Of a stretch of DNA of 64,000 nt, positions 48,801 through 60,486 are shown piece after piece; positions within the stretch are counted from its first letter, which is position 1, and each line of letters begins with the position of its first letter. This stretch comes from Puccinia triticina. Its lineage: Eukaryota. The position numbers and the translations under genes were made by a program. The stretch spans positions 992,001-1,056,000 of the forward strand of contig CP110439.1 in NCBI GenBank assembly GCA_026914245.1, written 5' to 3'. The notes beneath the pieces are model-generated. The model ran no database searches. It was not told the origin of the DNA and worked only from the letters and a program-made list of their open reading frames with translations.

Positions 48801-51800
48801 GGTCCAGAGTGGCTTGCCTTCGTCCGAAGGCTCAGTCGTTCCGATCGTAGCCGTTGCATTGGTGGTCATCGAGGCCGACCTCTTTCCCATGTTGGTCGCT
48901 CCAGGTTCACAATTCTCACGAAAAAAGGTAGGTGCAGCGCGTGGCTTAGAAGTTGCAGGGCTGACACACGCCTTTTTATCAGGAGAAGGAAGCGCAGATC
49001 TATTGGAAACGATGTGAATGCAGAGTCAATATCACTGAGTTGTACATATGCGAGTGAGAAGAGAGGGGACGTACGCATCTGATCGGGATGGATCAATGAC
49101 CCTGCCAATGATTTGAGCCAATCCTTCGATTTCCAAGTCTCTGACGAACTGGATGCGATGTTCCTCGTCGGCTCTTAACCTCAGCAAGCATTTCAAGATT
49201 GCTAGACGGGCGCGATTATCGATCTGAGATTCATCGGCCTTACGTTGGAGATCATGGTCCAAATCACCCAAGCTGAATGAATGAGGAAGCCCGGATTGAG
49301 CTTGATGGCTGTGTGGATTTGAAGAAGAATTGATGAGCCCGTTTGCCGGTCGAAGCAGGCCGATTAGATCGACAAAGATCGAAACACATTTGGCGTTGGA
49401 GTAGCCGGTCGAGATCTTGAGACTGTCGGTCAGCATTCTGATCAAGGTGACGACAGCCTTGTAGCTAAGATCATGCTGCCGCTTGGCGAAGACCGGATCG
49501 CAACGCTGAGAAGCTTGTTCGTTGTTATTAGATGAGAGACGATGAGGGCTGAAGATGGTGTTAGAGATTGTTGTGCTGGTAGTGGTTGAAGCTTTGAGTG
49601 GCAGAGATGAAGGGGTGCTGAAGGGGGTGCTGGGGAGACTTAGATTGGGGATTGCTTCGTTCTGGGCCGGCGGAATTGAATCAAGATCAGACTGCTGAGT
49701 GCTTCTTGTTGATTGGGTGAGTTGGGTGATGTCCTCAATATCGATCAGCTGGCCCATCTTGGCCGTTGTCATGAGTAACTTGCGAAGCCGGTCGTAGGTA
49801 TCTAACGACTTGTTGCCGGTGGGATCTTGGTGGCTTTCCTGTTCGCCGACTGTTTGGTCTTGATTAGAGAGAAGCTCGTTGACGAGTTCGTTGTGAGTGA
49901 CTTCTCTGATGAGATCCATGACCAAGTCGATCAGAACTGGATTGTCGCAGGAGCGAAGGTCCGGCAGTAAAAGAAACCGGCTGAGCGTGGGGATGACGAC
50001 CTCTTGTAAGAGTTCTTCTCTCCACTCTTCCAGGTCCCTGATTTCCATAAAGATCTCATGGATCAACCGAAGCAGTCGGACTTGAGAGTCAGCAGGTGAG
50101 GAAGAGCCTGATGGAGCTGATGATTTGACAGTCGATTTGTTAATGTTATTATTATTATTATTATTATTATTGGTGAGGGTGGTGCGATCCACATCGAATT
50201 CAAAGAAACCGTCGAGAAGGAGGACGAGGTTGGAGAGCCAAGATGGATTTTCGGGTGAACAGACTTGATCGGATTGGATTTGATCGATCAGGGATAGCTT
50301 GAGTGGGGTGGAGAGGTATCGGGAGAGGATGATCGAAAGGCTGTAGTACTTGTCGATGGTGATCAGATTCCAGCTCATCAATTCCAACAGTTTGTCTTGA
50401 GCACCATCAGCAGCAGCACAGCGAGTCTCTTCTGCGCGTCGGATAAAGAGCAGTGTGAATATCTTTCCGAAGGGTACCAGGGGAGACTGATTAGTTCCTT
50501 GTGTGTCTTTGAGCTGATCCTGGGGAGATGGAAGAATGCTGTCATCTATATACAAATAGTCAGTTTTTGTTTTTGTTTCTTTGTCGAGTGGGGGTGATAT
50601 ATATATATATAAACCTGACCTAGATCGAAGTCCAAAGACCATTCAGAATCATTGATCCAATGCGGGAGACGTTCTTTGGAGAAGAGTAGCATGAGCTCTA
50701 GACAGCAGTCGAGGTCGTCTTCCTTCATCAGGTTGGCGATGATCGAAGTCTTGTTGGGCTGTAGACGAAAGTAGAGACGATCGTAGATGAGCATGAGGAT
50801 CTCGTGATCGATGGCCAGACTGGTTCGGCTGGGGGATGAGAGGATGTGCTCGAGAGGCTCCTTGACGAGCAGGAGGCCTAGGCCGAGCAGGGTGAGGCTG
50901 GTGGCTACCCCGCTTGCTTCTTCTTCGGCCGAGCTGGCTGCTGCTGGCCTGGCCTGCTTGTAGATCTGGTCGTAGTCTTCGAAGGCATACCTGAGACAGC
51001 GGATGGCGCCGACCTTTGAGCATTCGTCGATCCTGGGGTCGTCTGCCGTCAGGGTGGAGAGGAGTGACTTGATGGCTTGGTTGGCTGGTGATCGGATCAA
51101 GTCCTTCATGCACGCCTTGGCCTGTTGGATGATGGCAGGGTCTAGAGGGGTGGTAGCTTCGACTACGAGTTGCAATGGGATAGTAAGGTCTAGTAGAGAG
51201 AGAGAGGTCAGTATATAGATAGATAGATAGATATTTAGAGTCATATATATCTACAGCCATATATTTACGTTATAGAAGCTGACCAGATGATGAGAGATCG
51301 ATGAGATCGGAGTGCTGCTTGGGTTCGAGAGCCCTGAGGACATTGACGGTAGCCTGGAGTGGCTGGAGGCCGACGATCCTAGCGACGAAGCGGACGAGGT
51401 CGATCAGCAGTGCGGCACCATCGAGTTCCTGGCTGAGGAGCGGGCGAGTGGGGACGTATCCGAAGGTGACGAGGGTGTCGATGTAGTCGAGGACGATGGT
51501 GAGGTGGGCTTCGAAGCTGGTTCTGAGGCCGATGCGGTTGATGAAGAGGTGGATGATGAGCTTGACGTGTTCGGTTGAGAGCTGTGGGGAGGAGAACTTG
51601 ATGATCTGGGTGAGCAGGCCGGCGGCGTGCTGGATGATCTGGGAGTGGGGTGCAGGGTCGGGCAGTCTGAGGAAGGGTGCCTGGGTGTGCGTGGGGATGA
51701 GCAGCAGGTTGTTTGCGCGCAGGAGGGGCAGGCTGGCTTGGAGATGGTCGATCGAGCGTGCGCAGAGGTCTGCGACCAGCTGGATGAGGCCGGTGCAGCC

Positions 51801-52093
51801 GCTGATGAGTTTGCCGTGGTTGGTGATCTGGTAGAGGCTGTCGATGAGGCTGAGGATGTGCTGGTGCTCGGTGTTTTGTGTGTGGTTGTGGAAGTAGTGG
51901 TGGTAGTGCTCGAGCTGGATGGGGGTGTGTGCGGTGGTGGTGGCGAAGTGCTGGGAGTGTCCGAGGAGGGTGGTGAGTTGGCTGTGGATGGCTCGCCAGC
52001 CGGCGATCCGCTCGAGGGAGTCCATATGTATGTAAATATCTTTTTCTTCTTTTTTTGGTCGAGATTCCACTCACCAACACCACCCCCGGGCAT
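45828..52093 (-). CDS. TSC2: Tuberin (TSC2), Rheb GAP; ~2000 aa, multi-exon
   Basis: Tuberin domain (EVDWELVSYVLCHLPGQLSNKHF, CIHALSLACHEL, VHILELL) and Rap-GAP domain (VDFHKIGVIYVGPGQTTEEEILGN, YNTGGLD, QICFHIATLMP, KKALIGNDFVVIVFNDS). Start exon uncertain. Confidence 0.92.
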
Positions 52094-52207
52094 CCAGACG
52101 GGGCTGCGTCACAGGGAACGGGGGGCCCGAAGCGCCAACAAGCCCAGCTGGCAGCCAACGACAACCCACGCACCCCAGCAGCAGCCGAAGGACACAGAAG
52201 AGAAGAA

Positions 52208-53981
52208 ATGAAAGCCTCCCAACTGTTCGCTCTCTTGGCCCCCACTCTCCTCGGATTCGTCGCCCTCCACCCCGGCGTCTCGGCTGACAAGATCCTGGTC
52301 GTCATCGAGGATGGCGTCGAGCGATCGAACTATCAGATGCTCTGGTCTTCCTTGACCGGTATGTACCTTCAATCAGATATCAGGAAGAAACAAAGAAAGA
52401 AAAATACCCATTGAGCTGTTTTCCGTCTTCCTTTAAGCCCGGAACCATCAGCTATCGTTTCGTGCAGCCAAGGACGCAACGCCTGCCCTGGTCGAGTTCG
52501 GGGAGCCTGCATTCGATCACCTGGTTCTGTTTTCGCCCACCGCGAAATGTAGGCACCAAGTTCCCTATCTCTTTTGCAGCTTCAATTTTCATAAGCCGGG
52601 GAAGTGTCTAGTCTGAGAATTCAGCTCCATTGGATTTATTCCCTGTTTTTTCTTTTTTTTTTTTTTTGTGTAAACACACAGCTTTCCCTGCCGACCTTTC
52701 GCCCCAATCACTGGTGGGATTCCTCGAATATGGAGGCAACATTATGCTAGCAGGATCGACGAAAATCTCGGAATACTGGCGCGACTTTGGACGAGAGTTC
52801 GACGTAGATTTCGACAATGCGGCGACCTCAGTGATCGACAACTTCCATCACCTTGCTCAAGACCCGCTGACAATCTACACCACACTCGAGCTCAACCCTC
52901 TAGTCGAAGACCAAATCGTCATCCCTCCCTCAGTGAGAAGCACCAACCTGCCGGTCTTGTTCCGCGGAATCGGCCATGCGGTCGGCAAGAACCCCCTGCT
53001 CATGAGCGCCTTGAGGGCCAGCCCTCTGGCTTACAGTGCTGAAGCTAAAAGTAAAGAGAGCGACCCCAACCCGTTTATTATCGGCGACGAAATCGGTCTC
53101 ATCAGCGCCTTCCAAACCAAAAAACAATCCAGGATAGTCTTCGTCGGCAGTGTAGATTTCTTCTCAGACGAATTCATCAACACCGAGCTCACGCTTCCTG
53201 ACGGCAAAAAGTCGGTCCTTTCTCCATGAGAGGTTTCTTGTTGATCACTCACTTGAAGAAAAAAAAAAAAAAAAAAACACTCGCTAATTGTTTATCTGTC
53301 GTTATTGTTGATCTTGAAATTTCATGTTCTCTCCTAGAACATCGACGGGAAATCGCAAGGTAATCGACCATCTCACAAAATGGGTATTCCAGGAAGCCGG
53401 GGTACTTCGGATCGTATCAGCGACCCATTCGAAAGTGGGTGGAGAACAAGAGCCGCCTCGATACCGGGTCAACGACGAAATTGTCAGCTGTTGAACCTTC
53501 TTAGCTCTCTCTCTCTCTCTTTCCAACCGGCTGACTGAACGAGCCGATGCGCACTTGATTTGGATAACAGGAGTACAGAGTGGATGTGCAGATGTTGCAG
53601 AACGGAAGATGGGGTCCATGTCCGTTGAAGGACCTCCAACTCGAGTTCACCATGCTCGACCCCCATCTGCGAGTGACTATGACGCCGACCAAATCAGCCA
53701 AAGGAACACATACCACCTACTCGACTGTCTTTCGAGCCCCCGATCGACACGGCGTGTTTACCTTCAAGCTCGATTACCGTCGGAGAACTGGGTACACCCA
53801 TCTAGAGAAAGGCATCCAAGTCTCCGTCACTCCCCTCGATCACGACCAATACGAACGATTCATCCTGGGCGCTTTCCCCTATTACTCGGGTACACTTAGC
53901 GTCTTGGCTAGCTTCCTCCTATTCTCTTTCGTCTGGCTCACTCACTTCCCTGGTACGACTGCTCATAAAAAAACCAAATGA
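52208..53981 (+). CDS. WBP1: Oligosaccharyltransferase subunit Wbp1/OST48
   Basis: Signal peptide; DLSPQSLVGFLEYGGNI, LQLEFTMLDPHLR, PDRHGVFTFKLDYRR, HDQYERFILGAFPYY; C-terminal TM helix and dilysine KKTK. Confidence 0.93.
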
Positions 53982-54741
53982 TCATCTTTCTCTTCTCGCT
54001 TGCCCTTTTCTTGTACCTTCTTCTTCCCGCAAACAAAATAAAGAAAGAAGGACCTATGACCTCCAGACTCTGTTCGTTGCATCCTTGAAAAAGTTGATCC
54101 GGAGTGGTCGGTCAACAGGAAGACGTATTGAGGGAGAGAGAGTGTGACTCAGCAGCCTACAATTTCGAATCAGTTTGAGTCAGCAATCCACCTACTCAGT
54201 CGCTAGAATACCCTAGCCGAGTAACCGTATCAACCGGAGTTGCTGTGGTACAATATCAGAGTTCCAGTGTCAAGATGAACACATCGAGCTACAGCTGAAC
54301 TGATACATCTATCCAGGTTCAATGAAGTCATTTTCTTGTTTGATCTTGTGCATATCGTTCGCCTCTGCCTGGGGCAATGGGTCATTTCCGACTGTATGTA
54401 TGGGATCAGGCTACATGGATGACAGCATCTACTGCCTGCTATCCAGACTCAAGAAGGCTGATTCTAAAAAAATGGGGTTGCTAGCAAACATTTGATCAAG
54501 AAAACAAAGGTGATAGTCATTAAAGCCAAGGAATTATTTAGCCCGCTATAGTTGTACTAAGATCAGCGCAGTTGGATGAAGTGAAGCCTTGTTCCTTTCG
54601 GATTAATGCAATCAAGACACTGAGGCTTTCTCTCAAAAAAGAAAAAGGAAACTTCGACCCGTGATCCATTTTATGATCTGACTGCTTTATCTATTCAAAT
54701 GTACGTGGTCATTTTATTGTTAAGGGTCACGGTTTGATAAA

Positions 54742-57700
54742 TCAGCTTCTGATAGCTAAATCGATGTGTTCACCCGACATGAAAGCAGGCCAATATTCTT
54801 TCTGTTCGATATATTTTTGCAACTCGTCATCGCCTAAGTTTCCAACCACCGGATTTCCGACCAACCCCTTTTTGAAATTAATTTTTTGGATGGCCGGAAT
54901 GAAGATTTATGTTAGCTATCAAATCATCCCACAAATCTTTCTACACAGGAAAAGTCATCAGCGGACCTCTTCTTGGGCTTGTCGGATGACACGCAACGCT
55001 ACCGAGGTACTGATATCTCTTATCCTACGTTTACAAGACGAAAACTCCTGAAATCAGTAAGGCACGTCTAATTTGAAGAAAGAAAGGCAAGAATGTCTGA
55101 GTAGGGTTCCGAATCCTGCTGACCTGTTCAATCTGGGGTATAAGAGTCCGCATGCTTTTTCTTCATCTGTCAAAGCATCCGACAATGCCAAGGCTGAAGC
55201 TTCGATCATCTTATCCGAGATTGTCTTGACCCTTGCCAAGATCGCCCCCAATCCGATTCCAGGAAACACATACATGTTGTTCCCTTGCCCCGGCTCGATG
55301 GTCTGTCCACGCCATCCACAGCTGGCAAACGGAGAGCCTGGGAGTACCAATGTTATCATCTCATACCATCTGCCAAGTAAATTGTTATTTAGGAGATTGC
55401 GTCAATCTGAAGGGGAACCTACCTGATGCAAATAGCACCTGCCCGTCGGTCCATTTCACCGCCTCGTCAAAGGTACATTCGGCCAAATGGACCTGTGAAG
55501 AGTTTTGGTGCGTTAAGAAGTGGCGACGGTTTTTAGTATTTCGCTTCAACTGGTATATAGTTTGAGGCATACCCACAGGATTTGAGAGAGGGAAGATGAT
55601 TGGGCGAGGATTCAACTCCGCCATCAGTTTGACAACGGCTTCATCAAACAGATTCGCTGTCGCTGCGAGGCCAATCAATGCTGTAGGCTTCACGTGCTTG
55701 ATCACCTCGATAAGGGTTTTGATCTGAGGTCCCCCTGGTTGACGAGCAAAAAACGTCTTGTGTGCGGCTAGCTTGTCACCTCGATCAGAAGTTACTAAGC
55801 CCTAGGAGAGTGGTTCAACCCAAAATTAATTCAAACTTTTAGACTATTCTCATGCAACAAAATTTCACGGAACTAGAACACACCTTAGTGTCGACTAACC
55901 ACACCCTCTCCTTTGCTTCTTCTTCCGAGAAGCCCAAGTTTATAAAGAAGGAGAGCAGTTGCTTGGCCACTCCAACACCAGCACTTCCAGCCCCCATGAA
56001 TACGATTCGTTGATCCCGCAGATCCTTTCCACTTGCGGCGGTGGAGAGACGAGCAGCGTTGATGAACCCACCCAAGATGACAGCTCCAGTCCCTTGAATG
56101 TCACTAGTAATGACCCATCAGCTGTTAGAAGGCATATTGGAACTCACAGAATCCCAAAAGAAAACTTACTCGTTGAACATTGGATAACTGTGTTGATAGC
56201 GTTTTAAATACTGTTTAATTTTGTCCGAATTAGTGAGACTTCTCAAGATAGAGAAGCAATTCAAGTCACATACGTCAAATGCGCGCTCGGTTGCAAAATC
56301 TTCATGTTGGATAACCAATTCTGGAAACTCGGCATGCACAGCGGCCATGAACTCGTCCATAAACTCCAAAGCCTATGTCGCAAGTTTATAGTCCGTCAAT
56401 ATGAATGGCCCAGCGGTTGCCGACAGCATTTCTCCCAGTTGGGCAGAAAGACCTAATGACTCACTTCTTCTTTCGAGCGTCTTTTCATCCTCAGTCCCAA
56501 GTAGAGTGGATCAGCCAAATTCTTCTCGTTGTCGGTGCCAAGATCGATGCAGATCGGTACAGTCGCCCAAGGTCGAATACTACGCAACTCGTAATTCTTC
56601 AGCAAACATCCCAGCGTAAGTGTGGGTTCTGCGTAACTCACCCTGCAGCCGCCACGTAGAGCGATAGTTTTCCAACAGAAATTCCCACTTTGAGACGAAA
56701 AGAAAGTCGAAAATTTAGTCTTAGTAGCGACGCATCGACAATCTATCCGATATTCGTAATTTTTTTTGATCGGAAAAAAGGACATGGGACACGCACTACC
56801 ACCGATACCCAAATCACCCAAGCCTTTTGTGCAAAAAAGAAAAGAAAAAGATATCAGTTGATCTGATCTTGGGTATTGTTGTTTTTCTGAGGAAAATGAA
56901 AACCCATGCGCTTACCTAAAATTCTTGAGCCATCGGTGACCACACAAATTCTAGCCTCCTCAGGTAAAGGCCAGTTTTTCAATACATCACGGATGCATCC
57001 TCTATCATTCCAAGACACATATAGCCCCTCTGTCGTCTCCCAACAATCTCAGCTTTAGAATCGTCCTCCATATCACCTTCTTCGTGGTGGTTGAATCGAA
57101 TACACCGATTCACAAAGGCTTAGAAACTTGATTGCTTACCAGGACGCTGGTAAATGTGAGACCTGTGGGTATGTAACAAAATATTAATCAACTTGTTTTT
57201 TTTATGCTACGAGGATTTCGATCATATTATCAACTAACCACTTGGTGCAGGCTTCTCCTACGACTGGTGTGTAAACCAGCGGAACAACCTCGGAGGTATT
57301 TGTTAATAGGACATGGTAAAACAAGTTTACATTACTCTGTCTCAAGTTTGATAAGTAAATGTACTAGATGACGTCACAATCCAATCGTTGTAATTTTAAA
57401 AGCAAAGCGTTTCAGCGATTCGCCGCAGTCTTTCTGTAAGGCTGTGGGAGAGAGAAGGAACTCAACCTGTCCGATGGAAGTTCTTTTGGTTCTCATCTGA
57501 TCTAAAACCCTGGCCATTTGTTGATCCAAGGTTTCGATAGCAGGGGGTAGTAGACCACGGATACCCATCCGATGACGAAGCTCGAGAGGGAATCCGGTGT
57601 CTTCATTGATGAAAGGGTCTCTCAATGTAGCCGCGGCCCGTAGCGATCTGAGTTTATGCATGCCTGGGGAGCGATTGTTTTGAGATTCGAAGCAAGGGGG

Positions 57701-57843
57701 GCTCAGTTGAGATGACTGGATTCTGGGAATGGCTGCTCACCTGGATAGGACTCGGCTGAGTGAGCGATGGCGGTGGTATTGAGATGTCGCACCAACTCGG
57801 CCGTCCTGGCGTTCATGGTTGAAGGGGCAGTAGCTGACGGCAT
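54742..57843 (-). CDS. NAD(P)-dependent malic enzyme, many short exons
   Basis: GIRGLLPP, PLVYTPVVGEAC, VTDGSRILGLGDLG, CIDLGTDNE, QHEDFA, MFNDDIQGTG, GAGSAGVGVA, IIFPLSNP, QGNNMYVFPGIGLG. Confidence 0.93.
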
Positions 57844-58572
57844 TTTTACTTTCTGAGCGCTTAAAAGGGAAAGGATAAGAGCCTGTAAGGGGGCAGCGAT
57901 GTCAGGCGATGAGGTTAGGGGAGAGGAGATGAAGGACAGAAAGGCTGATGGGGGAGACTTGGGAGGACGAGAGCAAGTGTGTGTATGTAAATAGGTTGCC
58001 CCAAGGCCTTCAAATTATCCAACAGGATCATCAAACTCAATGCAATACTCCCTCCTCCGAGGAGCGCGAGGCGCCTCCGATGGACGGAGTTGATTGTACA
58101 CCCCAACAACCTCCCAACGCACGTTGCGCACGATAGCCATCTCCTTGTGCTTTGAAGGCCCAAACAGTTTTGTTTGGGCCATTTCCTAAGGCCTAGCCAG
58201 TTTCTATGAAATAAGGAGGTTCCCTTGCACATTGAAAATTTTTCAGAAGCCAATTTGGCCGGTGAGTTGAGACTCACGAGATTTCTAAAACCAACAAGCA
58301 GTGAAGTATGAGCAAACTAGCAGTCATCCTACACTCCACAGGTCTTTGGAGGCTCAGATAACTTCCTACTAGGCCTTTGAAATTTGGAGACCCAAGTAAG
58401 TTCCTGTGGGACAATTGCATAGTCACCAGACAGTTTGGTGTGAGCCTCCTGATGGCCATGGGCCTTTTGTGACTCAAAGTGCTCTACAGAGCAAGACCTA
58501 GGCCTGCAGGCCCATTTCTTGATTGTGTCAAAGCCATACAGGAGCCCGGGGATATGTTTGGTAAATTGGTGG

Positions 58573-59090
58573 CAACACTACATAGGCCAGCCATGCTAAC
58601 TGTTAGCATGAGTGCAGTGTAGGGCAGCATAATGGATGACTTCCCATCAGCATTTAGGGAGCTCTAGATTCCCCTCTAAATATTAAATCAAGACACCTAC
58701 CAGAATTAACCAGCATACATGAAAGCAATGAACTACAAGCTTAGGAAAACAATTTCCTTTTTAATGAATATTGAGAGTTTGGATGTGTAAGTTGAGATCA
58801 GGGAGGCTACTAGAATCAATGGGAAGTCATCCAATACCATCAACACTACAGACATTTTCTGTTAGATGTTGGATGAATTGTGCTAACACTAACCATTTGC
58901 AAAAGAAAAAACATGCCCACTATGCTGTGTTACACCACATTTTAGCAGAAAAAGCTGCTAAAGGTTGTTCAGGCCTAGCAGTGTTAACAGCATGCCAACA
59001 ATACAAGATAAGTGGCTTTCAAAAAGGATTACTACACCAGCAAGCTTATATATGGCCATTAACACAGCATAGTGCAATGGCCCACTGTTG
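58573..59090. mobile_element. Old, degenerate relative of the P-like MITE family
   Basis: Right end ggcccactgttg (59079-59090) matches the family TIR; left end caacac... is weak; flanks ttggtgg and tgagtgg (5 of 7 match). Confidence 0.35.
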
Positions 59091-59960
59091 TGAGTGGTCA
59101 ATTGGTATTGTGGCCAAACATTGTGTGGCCATTCAGGTTCTGATTTTAGAATGCGCCAAAGTCACAGATCACCACCTGAACTGATTCTCACCCTTCTGCA
59201 GCACACCTAGAAGGAAATTAGTGGAATGCCATGGCCAAATCAGCTGACAAAAGCCAAATGGATGTGCACCTGTCAAATGGGGCTGTCAATAACATGAAGG
59301 CAAAAAGCACTGGATGGGCCAGAGGAAATGTGGCAACCATATTAAGCAGTTGTTTGAGGGTGGAGAGGACAAGTTAGACATGACTCGTATATATATGGTG
59401 CAAGTGGGTTATTGCCAAGGTGGCAGACACTGGAAAGAGCCTGGAATACAGACAGTTCAGTGCATCAAGCTTCAGAAAAAAGTCATCAATAGACTCAAGG
59501 GCTTAAAAAACACCCTTGATAACCCCCATTACAGGCTGTTGTTCACTGATACAGTGTGTAACATTTAGTGACGTATTGTGAAGTATCAAGAATTCAATAA
59601 TTTTTCCACAAAAATAACATGTTTCTGTTAGCAATAGTGTCTGATGCATTACAGATTTGGGCCCAAATATTGTAACATATTTCAAAGGCCTACTGTTGTT
59701 ACTATTATTATCATAGTGTAATTTGAAACCAATTAGTTCACAATTTGTTGGAGTGCATAAACACAATCCTTTTGCAACCGCAAAAGTTGACCCAAAGTCC
59801 AGTATGGAGAGGTGTGAAGACTACTGGCCAAGCAGGAAGGAAAGAGCCAAGTTGCACAATCCTTTCAGCCACCTCAAGATCCCAAAAGGTGAAGAAAGAA
59901 GCCAGCTCAAGTATGCCCATGTGATGGCTGGAAAACCTGCACAAGCTGCATACTTGTAAT

Positions 59961-60094
59961 AGCACTGTTCACGTAAGCTAAACATCAGCAAGATTGAAAT
60001 AAAGTTTATCCCATTGTGCCAGCCAATTTGGCTGGGAAAGTATGCTGATGTATATCTCTCACCATGGTCATAGATTTCTTACGTGAACAGTGCT
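59961..60094. mobile_element. Tiny MITE (134 bp) with perfect 17-bp TIR
   Basis: agcactgttcacgtaag / cttacgtgaacagtgct; flanks aat/aat (or TA/TA if the TIR starts one base further in). Confidence 0.8.
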
Positions 60095-60486
60095 AATATG
60101 ATCTCGCTATGAACGGCAGCAAATCACCAGGCACGGGGTTTTTGTAGCCTGATCGAGGCTCTTAACAAGCCTCGAATACACGTTAAGACGGTTCAAACCC
60201 ATAATGACATGGTATTAGATTGTCCACACACAAGTACATAAATATAGGGCTATAGACAATCGATTTACATTACATGTCCGAGATTTCGGGAGGCGGTGGG
60301 GGGGATAAAAAACTGAGAGCCGCTCGTCAGAACCCTGAGCCGACGGAGATAAAGAAAGTATACATGGACTGAGCCGCTCGAAAGACGATCTCAACGTGTG
60401 GTATTGACCCTGTCCCTAGTAAAGCTCTGGCCCAACCAAGGCCGCGAGAAATAAAACCCGCAAGAAAGCCCGGGACGGAAAAGGAC

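Noticed and set aside
50146..50171. (AAT)n microsatellite
   Set aside because: Simply encodes a poly-Asn tract in a TSC2 linker.
51379..52305. Overlapping Pro/His/Ser-rich ORFs
   Set aside because: Alternate frames of TSC2 exons and antisense to the WBP1 first exon.
55101..55122. tRNA T-loop-like gggttccgaatcc
   Set aside because: Intronic, with no cloverleaf; no tRNA or rRNA genes were recognised anywhere in the window.
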